Source: Callorhinchus milii (taxonomy: Eukaryota). Taken from it: a stretch of 60,000 bases of DNA. Position numbers and translations under genes: made by a program. The DNA is taken from positions 37,698,001-37,758,000 of the forward strand of contig NW_024704742.1 of NCBI RefSeq assembly GCF_018977255.1, written 5' to 3'. The notes below the pieces were generated by a model. That model was not told the DNA's origin. It made no database searches and saw nothing but the letters and a program-made list of their open reading frames with translations. Below are positions 25,091 to 38,800 of the stretch, in pieces; the first letter of the stretch is position 1, and each line of letters opens with the position of its first letter.

Positions 25091-26848
25091 CAACTTTTCT
25101 TACTGTACATGAGTGCACTTCCCATTACCATTTATGAACAACACTGCATACAAGGCAAAGGAAAGTAAAAGTTCCCAATGAGGCTGGGGTCCGAAAACGT
25201 GGTCGTATTTTGGATGGTACTGCGTTCAATTCCACATCTTTGACCTTAAAACAGGATTTGAAACGATGATATATGGAGCTAAAGTACAAGTGCTGGGATT
25301 CAACAGGTTTTAAGTGCAAAGTTTAAAGCACACATATGATGGGTGTGTACTGGTATTGGTTGAGTAATGATATAATATACAATAAGATACCACCCCCAAT
25401 TTTCCCTTTTCTGCAAGTGCAAGGTGCTGATGTGCTACTACGTATGGGCAGAATTCTGCCATCGTTTTCAGTGCAATTGTTCTAAATTATGTTTTTTAAA
25501 ATAAAGGTAACATTCCTTTATAGCATGCACCTACCTCACTGCTCCTGGTCTGCCCTCTTGCTGGAGTGCTATTCCATAGACGCCTGTTGCTCTATTGCCT
25601 GCCCAATTCATGGGTGAGCCTTAGCCTTGATTGTTAGCAGGCCGCTGACTTGTATAGGGCATCACGGCTAAGCTTGACCGACCGCTCTGAACCATACCTG
25701 GCTGCGTTGCACACACACACACAAATACAGTAACAGAGGACCAGGAGCCATGGCATGTTTTTCCCCTTCCCTAACCCTGGGAAGGCCAGGAGCAATCTAG
25801 CCTTCCCATGTAAACCTGGTTGAGACAAGTAAACAGCAAAGATTGGAATTTGAACGAGCAAATTCCAAAAACTGCAACTGTATCCACTACACTATCGGGG
25901 GCTGCCCCCACAAAAGTGAATTTAGATACTAACTTGCCAATTAGTTCAATTTCTGCATCCACTTAACATACAGCGAGTGTGTAGATCCAAACTAGTACCT
26001 TACTTTTGTGGTTTGGGCAGTTTTTAAAATATTAAATTTATAACAATGCCAATTAAAAAAGCGCAGCTAAATAAGGCTGGAATCAAGTCATAAAAATTTA
26101 GTGTACGATAGAATAGGCCCGATTAGCTTCTGTGCCAATCTGAGTAATGCCCAGAGTGGGGTGGTCTATTATATTGGGGTGCTTCATCCAAATTTCAACC
26201 ACATTCCTCTTTCTCCCAAAATGTATACACAAAATTGGTTTTCCATTTGCATGTACATGCGGGAGAAAGATTGGATGGGTTGCATAACTGGTAATTAAGT
26301 AGCTCAGTTTCCTTCTGCTAAATTACATTGCTTGATAGTTCTATGTAAACCTACACATTTCCACAAATTTTAGAGCAAGGGAACATAAATATTGGGGAGG
26401 ATGTCACACTTATAAAAGTGAGAAGACATATACAACTACCCAACCTTCTGTACTGTCAGAATTGAATTTGCACCTCACTATTCAGTTGTGCATCTTTAAT
26501 TGCAATAAATTAAAAGATGTATAAGTTCACACGGAGAGCCATGCACAGGTTTGCTAATGCCCACTAGGATAACTAAACTTATTTATGGTCAATATTAGCC
26601 AAGCCTCTCTAGAAAATGTATTCTGTCCCCACAGACATTGCAAATATTACATATCCTGCAACCAGAAATTGGGAGTACTAGATCTACTCAACTTTGGGAG
26701 GTATTATTGATTCCTAGGTGATGTACACAACAATATTACCAATGTTAGTGAATAGATTGTGCCGAACAAATCTTGCAAGACATATTAAAACCAGTATTAT
26801 TTGCATAGCTGTTCTCAATCAGGGTAGTAGAGAAGCTGATAAGTAGAT

Positions 26849-26890
26849 TCAAGATGGATTCAGTAGAGGGGTCCGTTCTGTCACTGTTGG
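26849..26890 (-). CDS. SCARB2: SCARB2 exon 12, coding part (PTVTERTPLLNPS*)
   Basis: ttttgtttttaaacag acceptor; [DE]xxxL[LI] motif ERTPLL matches LIMP-2 ERAPLI; TGA at 26851-26849. Confidence 0.93.
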   Translation of the reverse strand, partial: PTVTERTPLLNPS

Positions 26891-29800
26891 CTGTTTAAAA
26901 ACAAAATTACAATTGGTTACTATATACACTATATTTACATACACCTATTACCCTCCCCAGAAAAAAAATGGTCCTTTAAGCAGTTGATATGACTCAATAT
27001 CTAACAGACCAAGAATGATTTGTAGACACCCGAAATAGGCGAATGACAATATGGATAACAAAGTTAAACCAAACATTCATTCATACTTTTTAAAGTCCAA
27101 TAGACAACCAAGTCTTACAACTGGAATTTCTTGTTCCAATGTTCTTTTGTCTATACTAAGGCAGTGTAAATTGTGGTCAACTTGATTTGGGTTAAATTAT
27201 ATTGAACTAAAAATGGTATTGGACAAAGTGACACAAGATATATGGATCTTTAAGACAAACAAAAAGAATTTTTAAAAATCCTCCACATATAGGATTTTTA
27301 TAATTTTATAGTGTTTAAATCCTCAACATGGTCATTTGTGGTACATCACTGTGTGCAAATTAGTTGCTATGCTTGCCCACAAATACAGTCACTCTACTTC
27401 ATAATAAATGCTGCAAAGTGCTTTGGGATGTCCTCCTGATGTGAAAACAGCTAGAACAGATGCAAGGATTATTATTCAAAAATGAACATTGGGCAAGAAG
27501 ATGGTGAATTAACATTTAAAGCCTTTCAGGCATGAAAGATAAATGTGTTAATATGTTTAAAAAGAGAACATATCGTAAAGCAAGATAAAGGTAGACAAGT
27601 TAAAACAATGTCAAGTAACATCTCACAATCGAACTATGATATTGTACGAATTCAGTACATATTTGCTGAACTCTTGAGAGATCAATGTTCAGCCTAAGTT
27701 AGACAGATTTCCAAACTGACAATGCAAAAAGTTATTTTGTTTGGCTGCACTATTAAAGCAGTATAGACTTTGGTTAAAAGAGATCATTGCGTCGCAATCA
27801 ATGTTTGCATAGTGCTGTCCACAAACCTAATAGTCTGACTTTGGACTAAAATCAAGGTGAAGCGGTGCAGTATGGGAAGCAAAAAAATGTCCAGTTGCAA
27901 ATCCACCATCACATGCAAGTCGTTTTAGCTATTAGGTCACACCATTACCCACTAAACTAAGATTCTATTTTTAATTCCCATTTCCTCCCCAACAAAACAA
28001 TATCGTGGGGGGGGGGGGGGGGGCAAGAAAGAGAAGGAAGAACAAGGAAAGAGATTCTGTATTACTTAAGCTTGGACTTAAGCTCCGATGAGGAAACGTT
28101 GACAATTTTAGGCTGAAGTCCTTTTCATCAGACCAGTAGATTTGTGAAAGAGATGATACAAGGCAACATCTCCAAATGAATAATGATATAAAAAATCCAA
28201 ATGATCAGTTTCCTTTCTACACAAAATGTCAAACATTCTGGAAAAACAAGCAAATTCCTCAAGCTTTTGTTGATCGCTGAGGAATTGTACGATTTGCATT
28301 AAGGTCAGTACTTGCTGCACTACAATCTTTGCTGAACTCAAATAAGCTACTTAAATAGGATTGAATAGGAAGCAGACGACTCATATTGATGAACATTTTG
28401 TCAACATTCTGGGTGCTGAAACCATGTCAAAGATCATGATTTTCTGGTCATTTTCCTACAAGAGCATTGAACCCATAGAGACAGATTTGCAGGAGTGAAA
28501 GGTAGGTTGCTACTGTTGATGGGTTTTTTGTGATCACTCAAGAGGATTTTTTTAAAAAAAAATTCTGGTCAGAGGAGAGCAACTTCTAGTTATTTATCTT
28601 TAAATACTTTGAACCTACCAACACAGAAAGAGCACGTTACAAAAAAAAAATCCTAATGATCAGTATGGTTTGAAACTGTTTTTGAAACTCAAAAATGTCA
28701 CTTCCTCAAACCAAATAGCATGTTGTTGTTGGTGGGGGGATGGGAAAAAATGGGTGAGGGGTAAAGAAAAATTAGTAAGTAAAAGTGGACTAGTCCAGGA
28801 GTCACAGTGGAATTGTATTTCCATGCTATTGCTCTGGAAATACAATATATTTGTAGTATATTGCATGTTGGGTGGATGTACCAAAGCCCAACAACAAGAA
28901 ATTGTTTCAGATAATGAACATCCAACAATGCTGGAGGTGGAGCAGGCGAAAGGAAGATGATTGAAAGTATGGTACCCAGGTGCTAACTATTCTAATCCCT
29001 GTTCTTGCTCGATTTTCTAATTTTTCTCTTCAAAACAGAATCAGTGAAAAAATGACTGCAAACTGCGTTTGAAATGCAATCTTTACATCTACACTCTAAT
29101 GCTCTCTCAACTGAGCTATCATAGGTTATTAATGTTCCAACTTTAGCCATTCTTAGTTAACTGTGGGGTGCTTTTGCTCCAAGGTTAAGAGAGGAAGGAG
29201 GAAGTGGAAGGCCATTTTAGAGCAGCTAGGCTAGATAGTAATAAAATATATATGTATATAGATTTATCTTCACACTCTCAATCTTCTGATTCTGCTCATT
29301 CCAGAAATTGAAAGTTATTCATTACTTGTCACAGTCGCCGTCAACCATTGGGATTTGCAGATATTAAGATCATGTTTCTAGGTAATAAAATAACTAATAA
29401 CTATATTCAGTCACAGTTTTATAATCATTTTGTCAATTGACTGTCCCAAACATTTTTTAGAAGTTAGGAAATCGTAAGCCTGAAATAAACACATTCATAA
29501 GATTTAGTTTTATTAGGTTTACATTTTTAAAGAAGGGGATTGTTCTCTGGATACCAGTTGGTTTATGAAAAAAAAGTTTATTTCATTTTCGTACAACAAA
29601 ATGGCAGAATGGTTAATGGCATGTCTCAGAACTATATAAAATGTATTTTATTTATTCAGACGGCATTGTTTTATTTTCGCCTCCCTCCCAATGAATTCCT
29701 CCATGGCATCTTTCCTTGAGTCAATTTTCATGTAGTCATATTTCATGCTTAAGAAGGGCAAATCCATTTACACAATCAGAGACAAACCCAACCAGGGCCT

Positions 29801-32800
29801 CACCCACCTTTGATGTTATATGGACTTGCAACTAGACAGCAGTCAGGAATCCTGACTGATTGCAGCTCATCTGAGACAAAGCTATCTGTAGAGTCCTACA
29901 CTGTCATTTCAGTTAACCACAAAGGTCAGTGAATAAAGCTTGGACCTTTATGGTCGGCTCAACTTTACACCACTTGATATTTATGTTTTCACTTGATGAA
30001 ATGTTTTCCTCTCATTTACTATTTAATCTTAATTTTACAAAAAGCCAAGAACATATCAAATTCAAGTATTATTATTATCATCATTATGATTAACATTAAA
30101 ATTATATTGCATGTGGACCAGTCAACAACTGATACCACTAAGAAGACCCATACTTCAAATACTGTGCTGAAAATGATCAGATGACAAAAAGTCAGCGACT
30201 TACAATCATTTCTATGTTAGTCGAAAATAAGGAAAACTGCATGGCACAGAGGGTTTCCTCCTTCAAGAAAATATCTAGTTCCAGCATTAAAATGTTTTTT
30301 CTTTATTAGCTGGGAGTTTAAACAGAGTTCCATGTATTGCACATATACGTGGAAATTCCTGAGAAATTTGTAGGATTGGAATGCCCACTCTCTCTCTTGA
30401 GGGATGCATCCTGTTTACCTAATGGGCATTACTTGCAGGATTAACAGGAGCTGAGTGGGAAGATTCCTTGCCCCCAGTGACTGGTCTGCTTTCCCAAGTC
30501 CTGCCAGTGAGCTAGATTGGCTGAGCTATCATAAGCTGCACCCTGGAGTACTGTGGGCCTGCCTGGACTATTGAGACCACCATAGAGAATTGGCTCGATT
30601 CTGACATTTCATACACAAACAGCCAGTTCAGCTCCAAGAAGAACCCACTTACCTATCCCTAAGGAGCTTAGTCACTAATTAGTCATTTGACATCTGACAA
30701 GTTCAGGTTTGAGCCCTCAATACAAACTCCCTGTAATCTTCCTGGTGAATAATACAGCTCAGCATGAAATTGCCATTGCCACCACCTTTCTGTTCACAGC
30801 TCAGATATGCATCCCTTCTCAATGAGTGTAATGGTTCCACCAGTTGGCTGAGCTTGAGCAGCAGCAAACCAATTAAGGTTGATTCCAAGCACTGGATGTA
30901 TGAACACATGTAAACAAACTGGGACTAAGGCAATGCCTTCCAGCAGCTGTGCCCCAAGTCTCAGTTTCCTCATGGCTATCTGACAGATCTGATGGGAGGA
31001 CTTGTAAAGTACAAGCCACCTCGATGTTTGAGGTTCAAGTCATATGCCGTGTACCAGGCTTCCTCAGCTTTAGCTGCTTAATCCAGGTTCTCGCGTAAGG
31101 GGCCTTGGCAAAGAGTGTGAAGCCAACTCCGCCTGTAGGGTGCTTATCGACAGGTCAGTGTAGGCCGGAGCTTTCTCTCCCTGCAGCCACTTACGTGTTT
31201 GCCACAAATCTACCTGCTTGATCCAGGACTTGGGTCAGAGGAAGCCTCTCTGCTGCATCCCCAGGAGCTCAGATTCATAAATGACTGTTTGCACACAGGT
31301 CATATACCACAAGGTTGACCTGCATCGGGACTTTCTATGCATCAAGAGACAAACGCAATTAGAGTTTGTCCTTTCTCTGTGCGATCATTCAGGCTGATTT
31401 GTGTCCACCATAATGAACGATAAGAATTGACAATAGAGCCTGATGCCCCCTTTATCTTCCAATCAATATCCTCAATGCTTTCTCTTGAGCCACCATCATG
31501 TCCCACCATCATGTCCCACTAGTGTTCAAGATGGTGAGTGCAGCACAAAATTTACCCAGGTGAGTCTGTCGACAGAGGCACCATAATTCTGTCAGAAATG
31601 CTTGGACAGATACACTAAGCCCACCTACCCAATGCCACCCAACACCTATTATTGAATATATTGAATAGGATGGGTGACAATGGGCAGCCTTGCTTTACCT
31701 CTTTCAAGTGGGATGGGCTCAGGTCAATCCTTACATGGATCTTGGAACTGGAATACCCATTCTGGATAAAATCCTAGATTTGGCCATGCTCTTCCAGTTT
31801 CATTATAAGCACTAGGTTGAAATGATGAATGCAAGGCAAGTAAGCCTTGCAACGTACTGGGATCTCACACTAAGCCCCTACCGGTCCCACACATTCCTCA
31901 ACAACAAGATTACATTTGTATAGTACCTTTTACATCCGGAGGACATCCCAAGGTGCTGGGCAGTGTACAGCATTTCAGACCCAAGCTGGGGTCAGGGAGG
32001 GGAAGGGGAGGTGACCGATGGCATGGTCGAAGAGGAGGGTTTTGAGGTGGGACTTGAAGGAGGCTAAGGAGGTGCTGAGGCTGAGTGATTGGGGAATGGA
32101 ATTCCAGAGGTTGGGGGCAGAGTGGTTGAAAGCTCTCCCGCCAATGGTCGGTCGAGGGACATGGAGCAGGCCGGAGCCGGCTGAACGGAGGGAACGGGCG
32201 GGGTGGTAGGAGGTTAGGAGGTCGCAGAGGTAGGGTGGAGCGAGACCATGGAAGGATTTGTAGGTGAGAACCAAGATCTTGAAATGGATCCCCTGAAGGA
32301 TAGGGAGCCAATGGAGTCGGGTGAGAATGGGGGAGATGAGGTCGCAGAGTTTGGTGTGGGAGAGGAAACGGACTGCAGAGTTCTGCAGCCTGTGGAGGGA
32401 GGAGTTGGGAAGGCCGACAAGCAGGGCATTTGCATAGTCAAGAGAATAGAAGCCAGCCTTCCTAATCAAATCAAGAGCCTCCAAATCATACGATAAATGT
32501 GCAGTGTCCACCCAAAACACCACTTGAAGAGCCACTGAAATCAGCGAGATCTCTCCGTAGTTCCATTTCATTAAGGTCCCCCTTCTTGCGGCTAGAAAAC
32601 GCAATTGCACTCAGGAACACTGACATAGTGCTTTCCTCAGAGTCCTGTTGACCAGCAATAGGAGGCGAGTTGGCATGGTTCACAATGTGAGTTGGAGATT
32701 CCTGGCTTGGATCAGTGAGATCCTCACTGTTCCCCCTCTCCACTCCAGCTTTTAAGAACTTAGCGTTAATGCTGTCTGCATCTGCTTCCACATCAGTAGC

Positions 32801-35800
32801 AAGGAACCAGTTTGCATAATGCTCCATCCAGATGGCAAGGATAACCTCATGTTGTAGACGTGTCCAAAACTGGCACAAGCCCAGAGGGACCCCTCTGGAC
32901 ATGACCCACAACAGACTTGAACCAGAGGAAGAACGATTCAGGATTGTTCTTGTGTACTTACATCCCTTTTAGAGTGATGGAACCCATTGATCCCACTTAT
33001 TTATCTAGGCTCACTCCAATATTGTGGTTTATTCACAGAGGTAGCTGTGTTGATTAAAAGGTAATTTGACTGCGTATTAATAATTCACATTATCCATCTC
33101 ATACTTCTGCACGTTGGCAGGTGGGAACCAACTGAACTTACAAGTCTTCCCTCTCATGCCAACAGAAAACACTGATTGAGCAAATCAAAAAGAAAGAAAA
33201 AAAAACACAAGATAAGTAAGTAGTTAGCTTTCATGAAAGGAAAATATAATTCAGCAGGACACCTCAGACAGGCAATAAAAAAAATATAAAAACAACTTCA
33301 GGAAGTAGGTTGCAATAAAATACCAACCTCAACCCCAGCTGGTTTTTCCACAGTGCGATTAGTGCATACAAGTATGATGAAGATAAAACCAAGGAGAATC
33401 CCCAGGCCCATTATCATGAATGGGATCACAGTTGCCACTTGTGTCTCTAACAGCACCTTGCTTAACTTAGAAGCCGAAGAATCATCAATCAAAACGCTCT
33501 GCAAGAATAAAACAAAAACACTGAGCAAGACATCATGGTGATACATCAGAGATTGGCTAAACCAAGTTCACTTTTCTGAGAATGAAAACAGAAACAAATC
33601 ATTTGATGGTTTTCATATTTGAAAGCAGTTTTTTGCTGGAGGGATTCATTTTCAATAGCAGAGGCCGATTTAGAAACTGCAGCAGATTAAAATGAATGGA
33701 ATAAAACAAAACCACTTGTAACTATTTCGGAAATTGGCAAACTTGTAGTCAATCGTTTTTTATATAAAGTAATTTATTCAAATGTTGAAAGCTTTGATTT
33801 GTCACATCACTTGCCTATTTACGTCTCCAAATGATGCAGCTAAGAAGGTTTAAAAAAAAAGTCTTCAAGATTACAAAGGGTTTTGATGGGATAAATATTA
33901 ATAGATTGTTTTCTCTAGTCAGCAAGTTAGTAATGAAAGGTCACAAATTGAAGATAAATTACCAAAGGAATTAAAAGGAAGCTCAGAAAACATTTCTTCA
34001 GACAGAGGAGAAAATGGAATTTTTGGGCAGCAGTTATTGCTGCAGCAGAGTTTATGTGTCAGCCTGGCTCAGTTGATAGCACTTTCGCCTCGAGTCAGAG
34101 GTTTATGGGTTCAAGACCTTCGTCGGGTTTTGGAACTCGTACAGTCCAAGATGACACTCCAACACTGTGCTGGTGGTATGCTGCATTGTTAGAGGTCCTT
34201 CAGATGTTAAAACACAGCCTTGTCTGCCTGGATGTTAAAGATCCTGTGGCACTACTCAAAAAGAGAAGGGAGTTTCTCTTGGTGTCCTAGCCAAATAAGA
34301 TCAGTCACTCATTCCATGACTGTTTTGTGGGACACTGCTGAGTGTATATTGGCTGCTGGGTTTGCCCACAAAACAGCCACTGCAATTTATAGTAAATCCT
34401 GTGAAGCACTTTGAGACATCCTCCTGACATGAAAAGAGCTATACCAAAATGTAAGGATTATTAGATTATTTTTATTAAACAAAGCAAATAGAGGTTTGTG
34501 AAAATAAAGGGTATGGGGAGAAGGCAGAAGAGATATTATTTGAATAGGTGGCTCATGTGGAGAAAAACACCAGCTCAGACATATTAACCTATGTCTGGGC
34601 TGTAATAGTCTGTGAATATCAGTTTTTCCTGACAGGGAACATGGAATGACTTCCAGTAGGACTAGTTTTAGATGATGGATTACAGCTACAAATTGTAGTG
34701 ACAAGTAGAACCAAACTTTTGTTGTTGGTTGTCATCTCTATCAAAAGCTACTGCCAATAAAAATTAAGACCAAAACATCCAAGAACTAAAATTTTGGGGC
34801 CATAAAAACATTCCTTCAGCACATTGATGTTAAACATTTTGGGTCCAGTGGAACAATCGCAAATTTTAATAGCACTTTGTTGCATCAAACCTTCTCATAG
34901 CTTTTACTATTAAGATGTGCTGTGGTAATTTATTGTCGAGAACTACTGCAGCAATTTTATACACAGCAGGTCCCACAAACCAACCAAGTCATCTGCAGGA
35001 CTGTTGGCCAGGACACCAGGATAAGTTCCCTTCATTTCAAGTAGATCATGGGATCTTAATGTCTATTTGAAGAATCAGTAGACCAGACCATTGATGTATC
35101 ACCTTTAGGGATACAGAGTCTAGTCTGGTACTTGCTTTGCTCAGTTGGTCACATTTTCACCTCTGTCAAAGGTTGTTGGTTCAAGCTCCATGTTGGAGCT
35201 TGAGCTTACACTACATTGATAGTAGTTTGGAATACAAATAGAATAGAAATTAAAGGCCAGCCTTCCTCAATATAAGTAAGCAATTTTGACCACATCAAAT
35301 AACAGCTTCACAAGGCCCTGGACATGTAAAACCAATTTTTCTTCATTGCACACAATTGGTTAGTCTTACCTCGTTGAGATACATCACAGGGAAGATAAGA
35401 CTCTGAACATTTCCAGTTTCACTGCAGAAAATAGAAAGGATTTTGTCAATTATAGAAATTACAGATTGTTACTCGCTTCATTTTCAGCTATGCAAGTCAC
35501 AGGAAATGAGTTGCTCCTTTTTAAAATTAAGAGTGCGTCCAATTAAACAGACAGAATTTTAAGAAGGGGAGAATTCCTTGAGAATTTTGCCATTTTACGC
35601 TGATATAAAAAGAATACAAGGGCAAAAGAAAACACATTGGTTGAGTGAAAATAGTTAACATTTACCACTGTTCAATAAACTATTCAAAATCTGGGCCAAG
35701 ATCTCATACATCTAAAATGAAATGTCGCCTTGATCGCTCATTAGTGGTCTCGTATGGTCATACACTTGTCATCCCTCTAGTACCGGGACCCAGAGCAAGG

Positions 35801-38800
35801 AGAATCTTAAAACTAGAGCTAGGATGGTTATCAGTGAGACCAGAAGAACTTCACAAAAAAAAGCTCTTAAAATTGTGGATTGTATTTCTCCAAAGACTGT
35901 AGAAGTCAATACTTGGGAAATGTTAAAAAAAAGCCACTAACAAATCTGAGAATTTAGAAGGTAATTCTCTACACAGAAAGTGGCAAGAATGTAGAAGTCA
36001 TACCCAGAAACTCTGATTGAAGCAGAAAGCATATATGCACTTAAGAGGAAATGCAAGGCATACAAGATAGCTCTCCGGAACACTATCCCACGTGAAAGGT
36101 GCTATGTAAATGCAAGTTGTTGTTGGTAGAGAAGGGAATGGGAGGGGTTCCATTATGTGAAGTATAAACATTTGCATGGTCAAGTACTATAGATTCTATG
36201 TAAATTTAAAAAGTGCGAGGAAAAGCAATGAAGTGGACTTAAAAGATCCACCGTGATCAAGTTGCTGACTGAATAGATTCAATCAGCTGAATGGCCTCCT
36301 CCTGTTCCCATGTAAACATCTTAGCAACAGCACCCACCCTACCTTTGATAGTGTCACAATATCTTTCAAAGCCGCATTATTTTATACATTTTCTTAGAGA
36401 GAGAAACAATATAAATCTATAAGCGTTTTCACCTCACTGATTCACTGCAAGGAGTAAATCTTTCTATTAGATAATGTAACCTATGAACTGTTCAACAGTA
36501 CAGTCTCATGGCATTGTGCAAATTAAATCTGCCTTGCAATTTTAAAGTCCATCAGTCAGCAATTTGATCACGGTGGATCTTTTAATTCTACTTCACTGCT
36601 TTTTCCTCGCACTTTTTTTTAAAATTTACATAGAATCTACAGCACTGATGAGACAATTTTGTCCAACTTGTTTATACTTGTTTATACTTCACATTGACTT
36701 CAATGAGTTTTATATTTTCTTCAGAAGGGGTTACTGAACATTACCATTCTTGATAATGCTGTATGCTTCATGTGTTAGATACGACCTTAAGTATGGATGT
36801 TTTAGTCCCCTGGTATGTCTTTTTGTAATAATAAATAATCAGCTTAATTTTAAGGTTCAAGAGTGCACAGAACGAACATTGAACTTCTGCAGATACACTG
36901 GAGACCAAAGTTTATGCTGCAGTCAATGAAGTGGATGAAGTCTGGTTCTCATTATTCAGCTATTAAACTATGAGCTACTTTGAAACTCTGGCTTGAACTA
37001 ATGAATTAGATAAATGCTGAGATTAGATCAAGAGTTAGAAAATTGCAGAATTTGATCATTCACAAACAAAGTGCAATATTCTGCAAATGAAGTTTTTCTA
37101 GTACAGTATTAAGTCAACAAAAGATCTTCTGCAATATTTTCTATTCATTAACACTAACCTAACATGAAAATGAAAAGCTTTACACTAGTTTTTTTCTTAA
37201 AATACTTTTGCAGAATAGTACTGTACTGAAAAGAAAGAATTTATATTTGGAAATATGGCCTTTATTGCATCACTGATACAGTATATTGTGCACTTTTAGC
37301 CAGGCCTGCCAACAGGAGTGGACTTTAAAATTGCAAGGCAAATTTAATTTGCACAATGCCATGAGACTGTACTGTCGAACAGTTCATAGGTTACATTATC
37401 TAATAGAAAGATTTACTCATTGCAGTGAATCAGTGAGGTGAAAACACTTGTAGATTTATATAGTTATAATTGGAAGGATTGGTGGTCACACCATACACAC
37501 CACCTAATCCTGGTGAACAAAGGAATGAAGTAGGAGGGTTAACCAAGTCCTGGAAACAAACACTCAAGCAAAAAAAGTGGTGAAAAGTCAATCCTGATAG
37601 TCATACGAAATGTGAAAATAATGAAAATAATGATTATGAAAGGACAATAGTTTGAAATAAGGTATCAACTTGTTTAAAATGTCACTATGCCAGAGCTCAG
37701 TCAAAACTTAAGTCAAAGCACATACAAGACCAATTTCAGAAATGCATTATATAAGCACGAACACCAGAGGCAAGGTCTTGACAATGCAAGAATGGATTTT
37801 AGACCAATACTTTCAGATCTAATAATTTGAGTTAATGGGCGAGATTCATAACATTATGAAAGAACAACAGACATCACCTTTCTCATGGCTGAGATGAATA
37901 AAGAAAAGAAGCTAAATGTAGAGACAAAAATCCTTCACACATTTTGTAAAATTTCTCTCCAGCAAACTGTCGAGTCCATAAGTTTTACAAGGGAATAATA
38001 TGGGAGAATTAAACATATTAAAGGGTACAGAAAGCAAGATTAGTCTAGGTGGCTGACATAGAGAAAGACGCTAGCGCAGGCTTGACAGGCCAAATTTGTT
38101 CATGTGCTGCAACATTCAGTGACAAGAAACCTTTTGAGTTCAGTCAATACAAGGCTAAAAACCTTATGCAGCTGATTCAGATGTCCCAAACCCTGTCAAA
38201 GACTTAAGATGTCCAAAGCTCTGGCAAATTAACTTTTCAACAGGAGAGATCCAAAGATGTGTTAACATGAGCCATACATTTGATGAAAATATCCTCCCAC
38301 CACAACTCAAATGGACTTCAAAACCAATGCATGTTCAATAGACTCAGGTTCCCCGGTCACTAGTGTTAGGTTAAGTTAAAAGACAATATAAAATAGTGAT
38401 CTTCTGCAAATCTTCAATATTCTGCTTCCATAAAATTGACAGCACAACTTAAGAAAATATAAAAGCACCACCAAATATCAAACAATTTATCTCTGAAGAA
38501 CGGTATTTTCCAATTAACAACCACTGAAGTTCCACATTCTACAAACTCACTTACTGAAACACATCAATCTTTTCAATGTAGACATTGATCTGCAATCTCT
38601 TTGCTACCTTCAGGAGGATCCCTGTAAGCTGAAAGGGGTGGGGGAGGGAGAGAAACAAAACAATTCATTATAATATGAACTTTATATTATTTTTCTTTGG
38701 GTTATTGTTCTGCTGCTTTGCAAATATACATCTTCTTCCCCTGCTTTACCTATCCCGGCAACACTGAGCCACCAGGGCTCAGGGTCACAGATGAAGTAAC

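Noticed and set aside
28108..28341. ORF ending GLMKRTSA*, considered as the SCARB2 last exon
   Set aside because: No dileucine motif and it overlaps a repeat-like segment; the exon at 26849-26890 fits far better.
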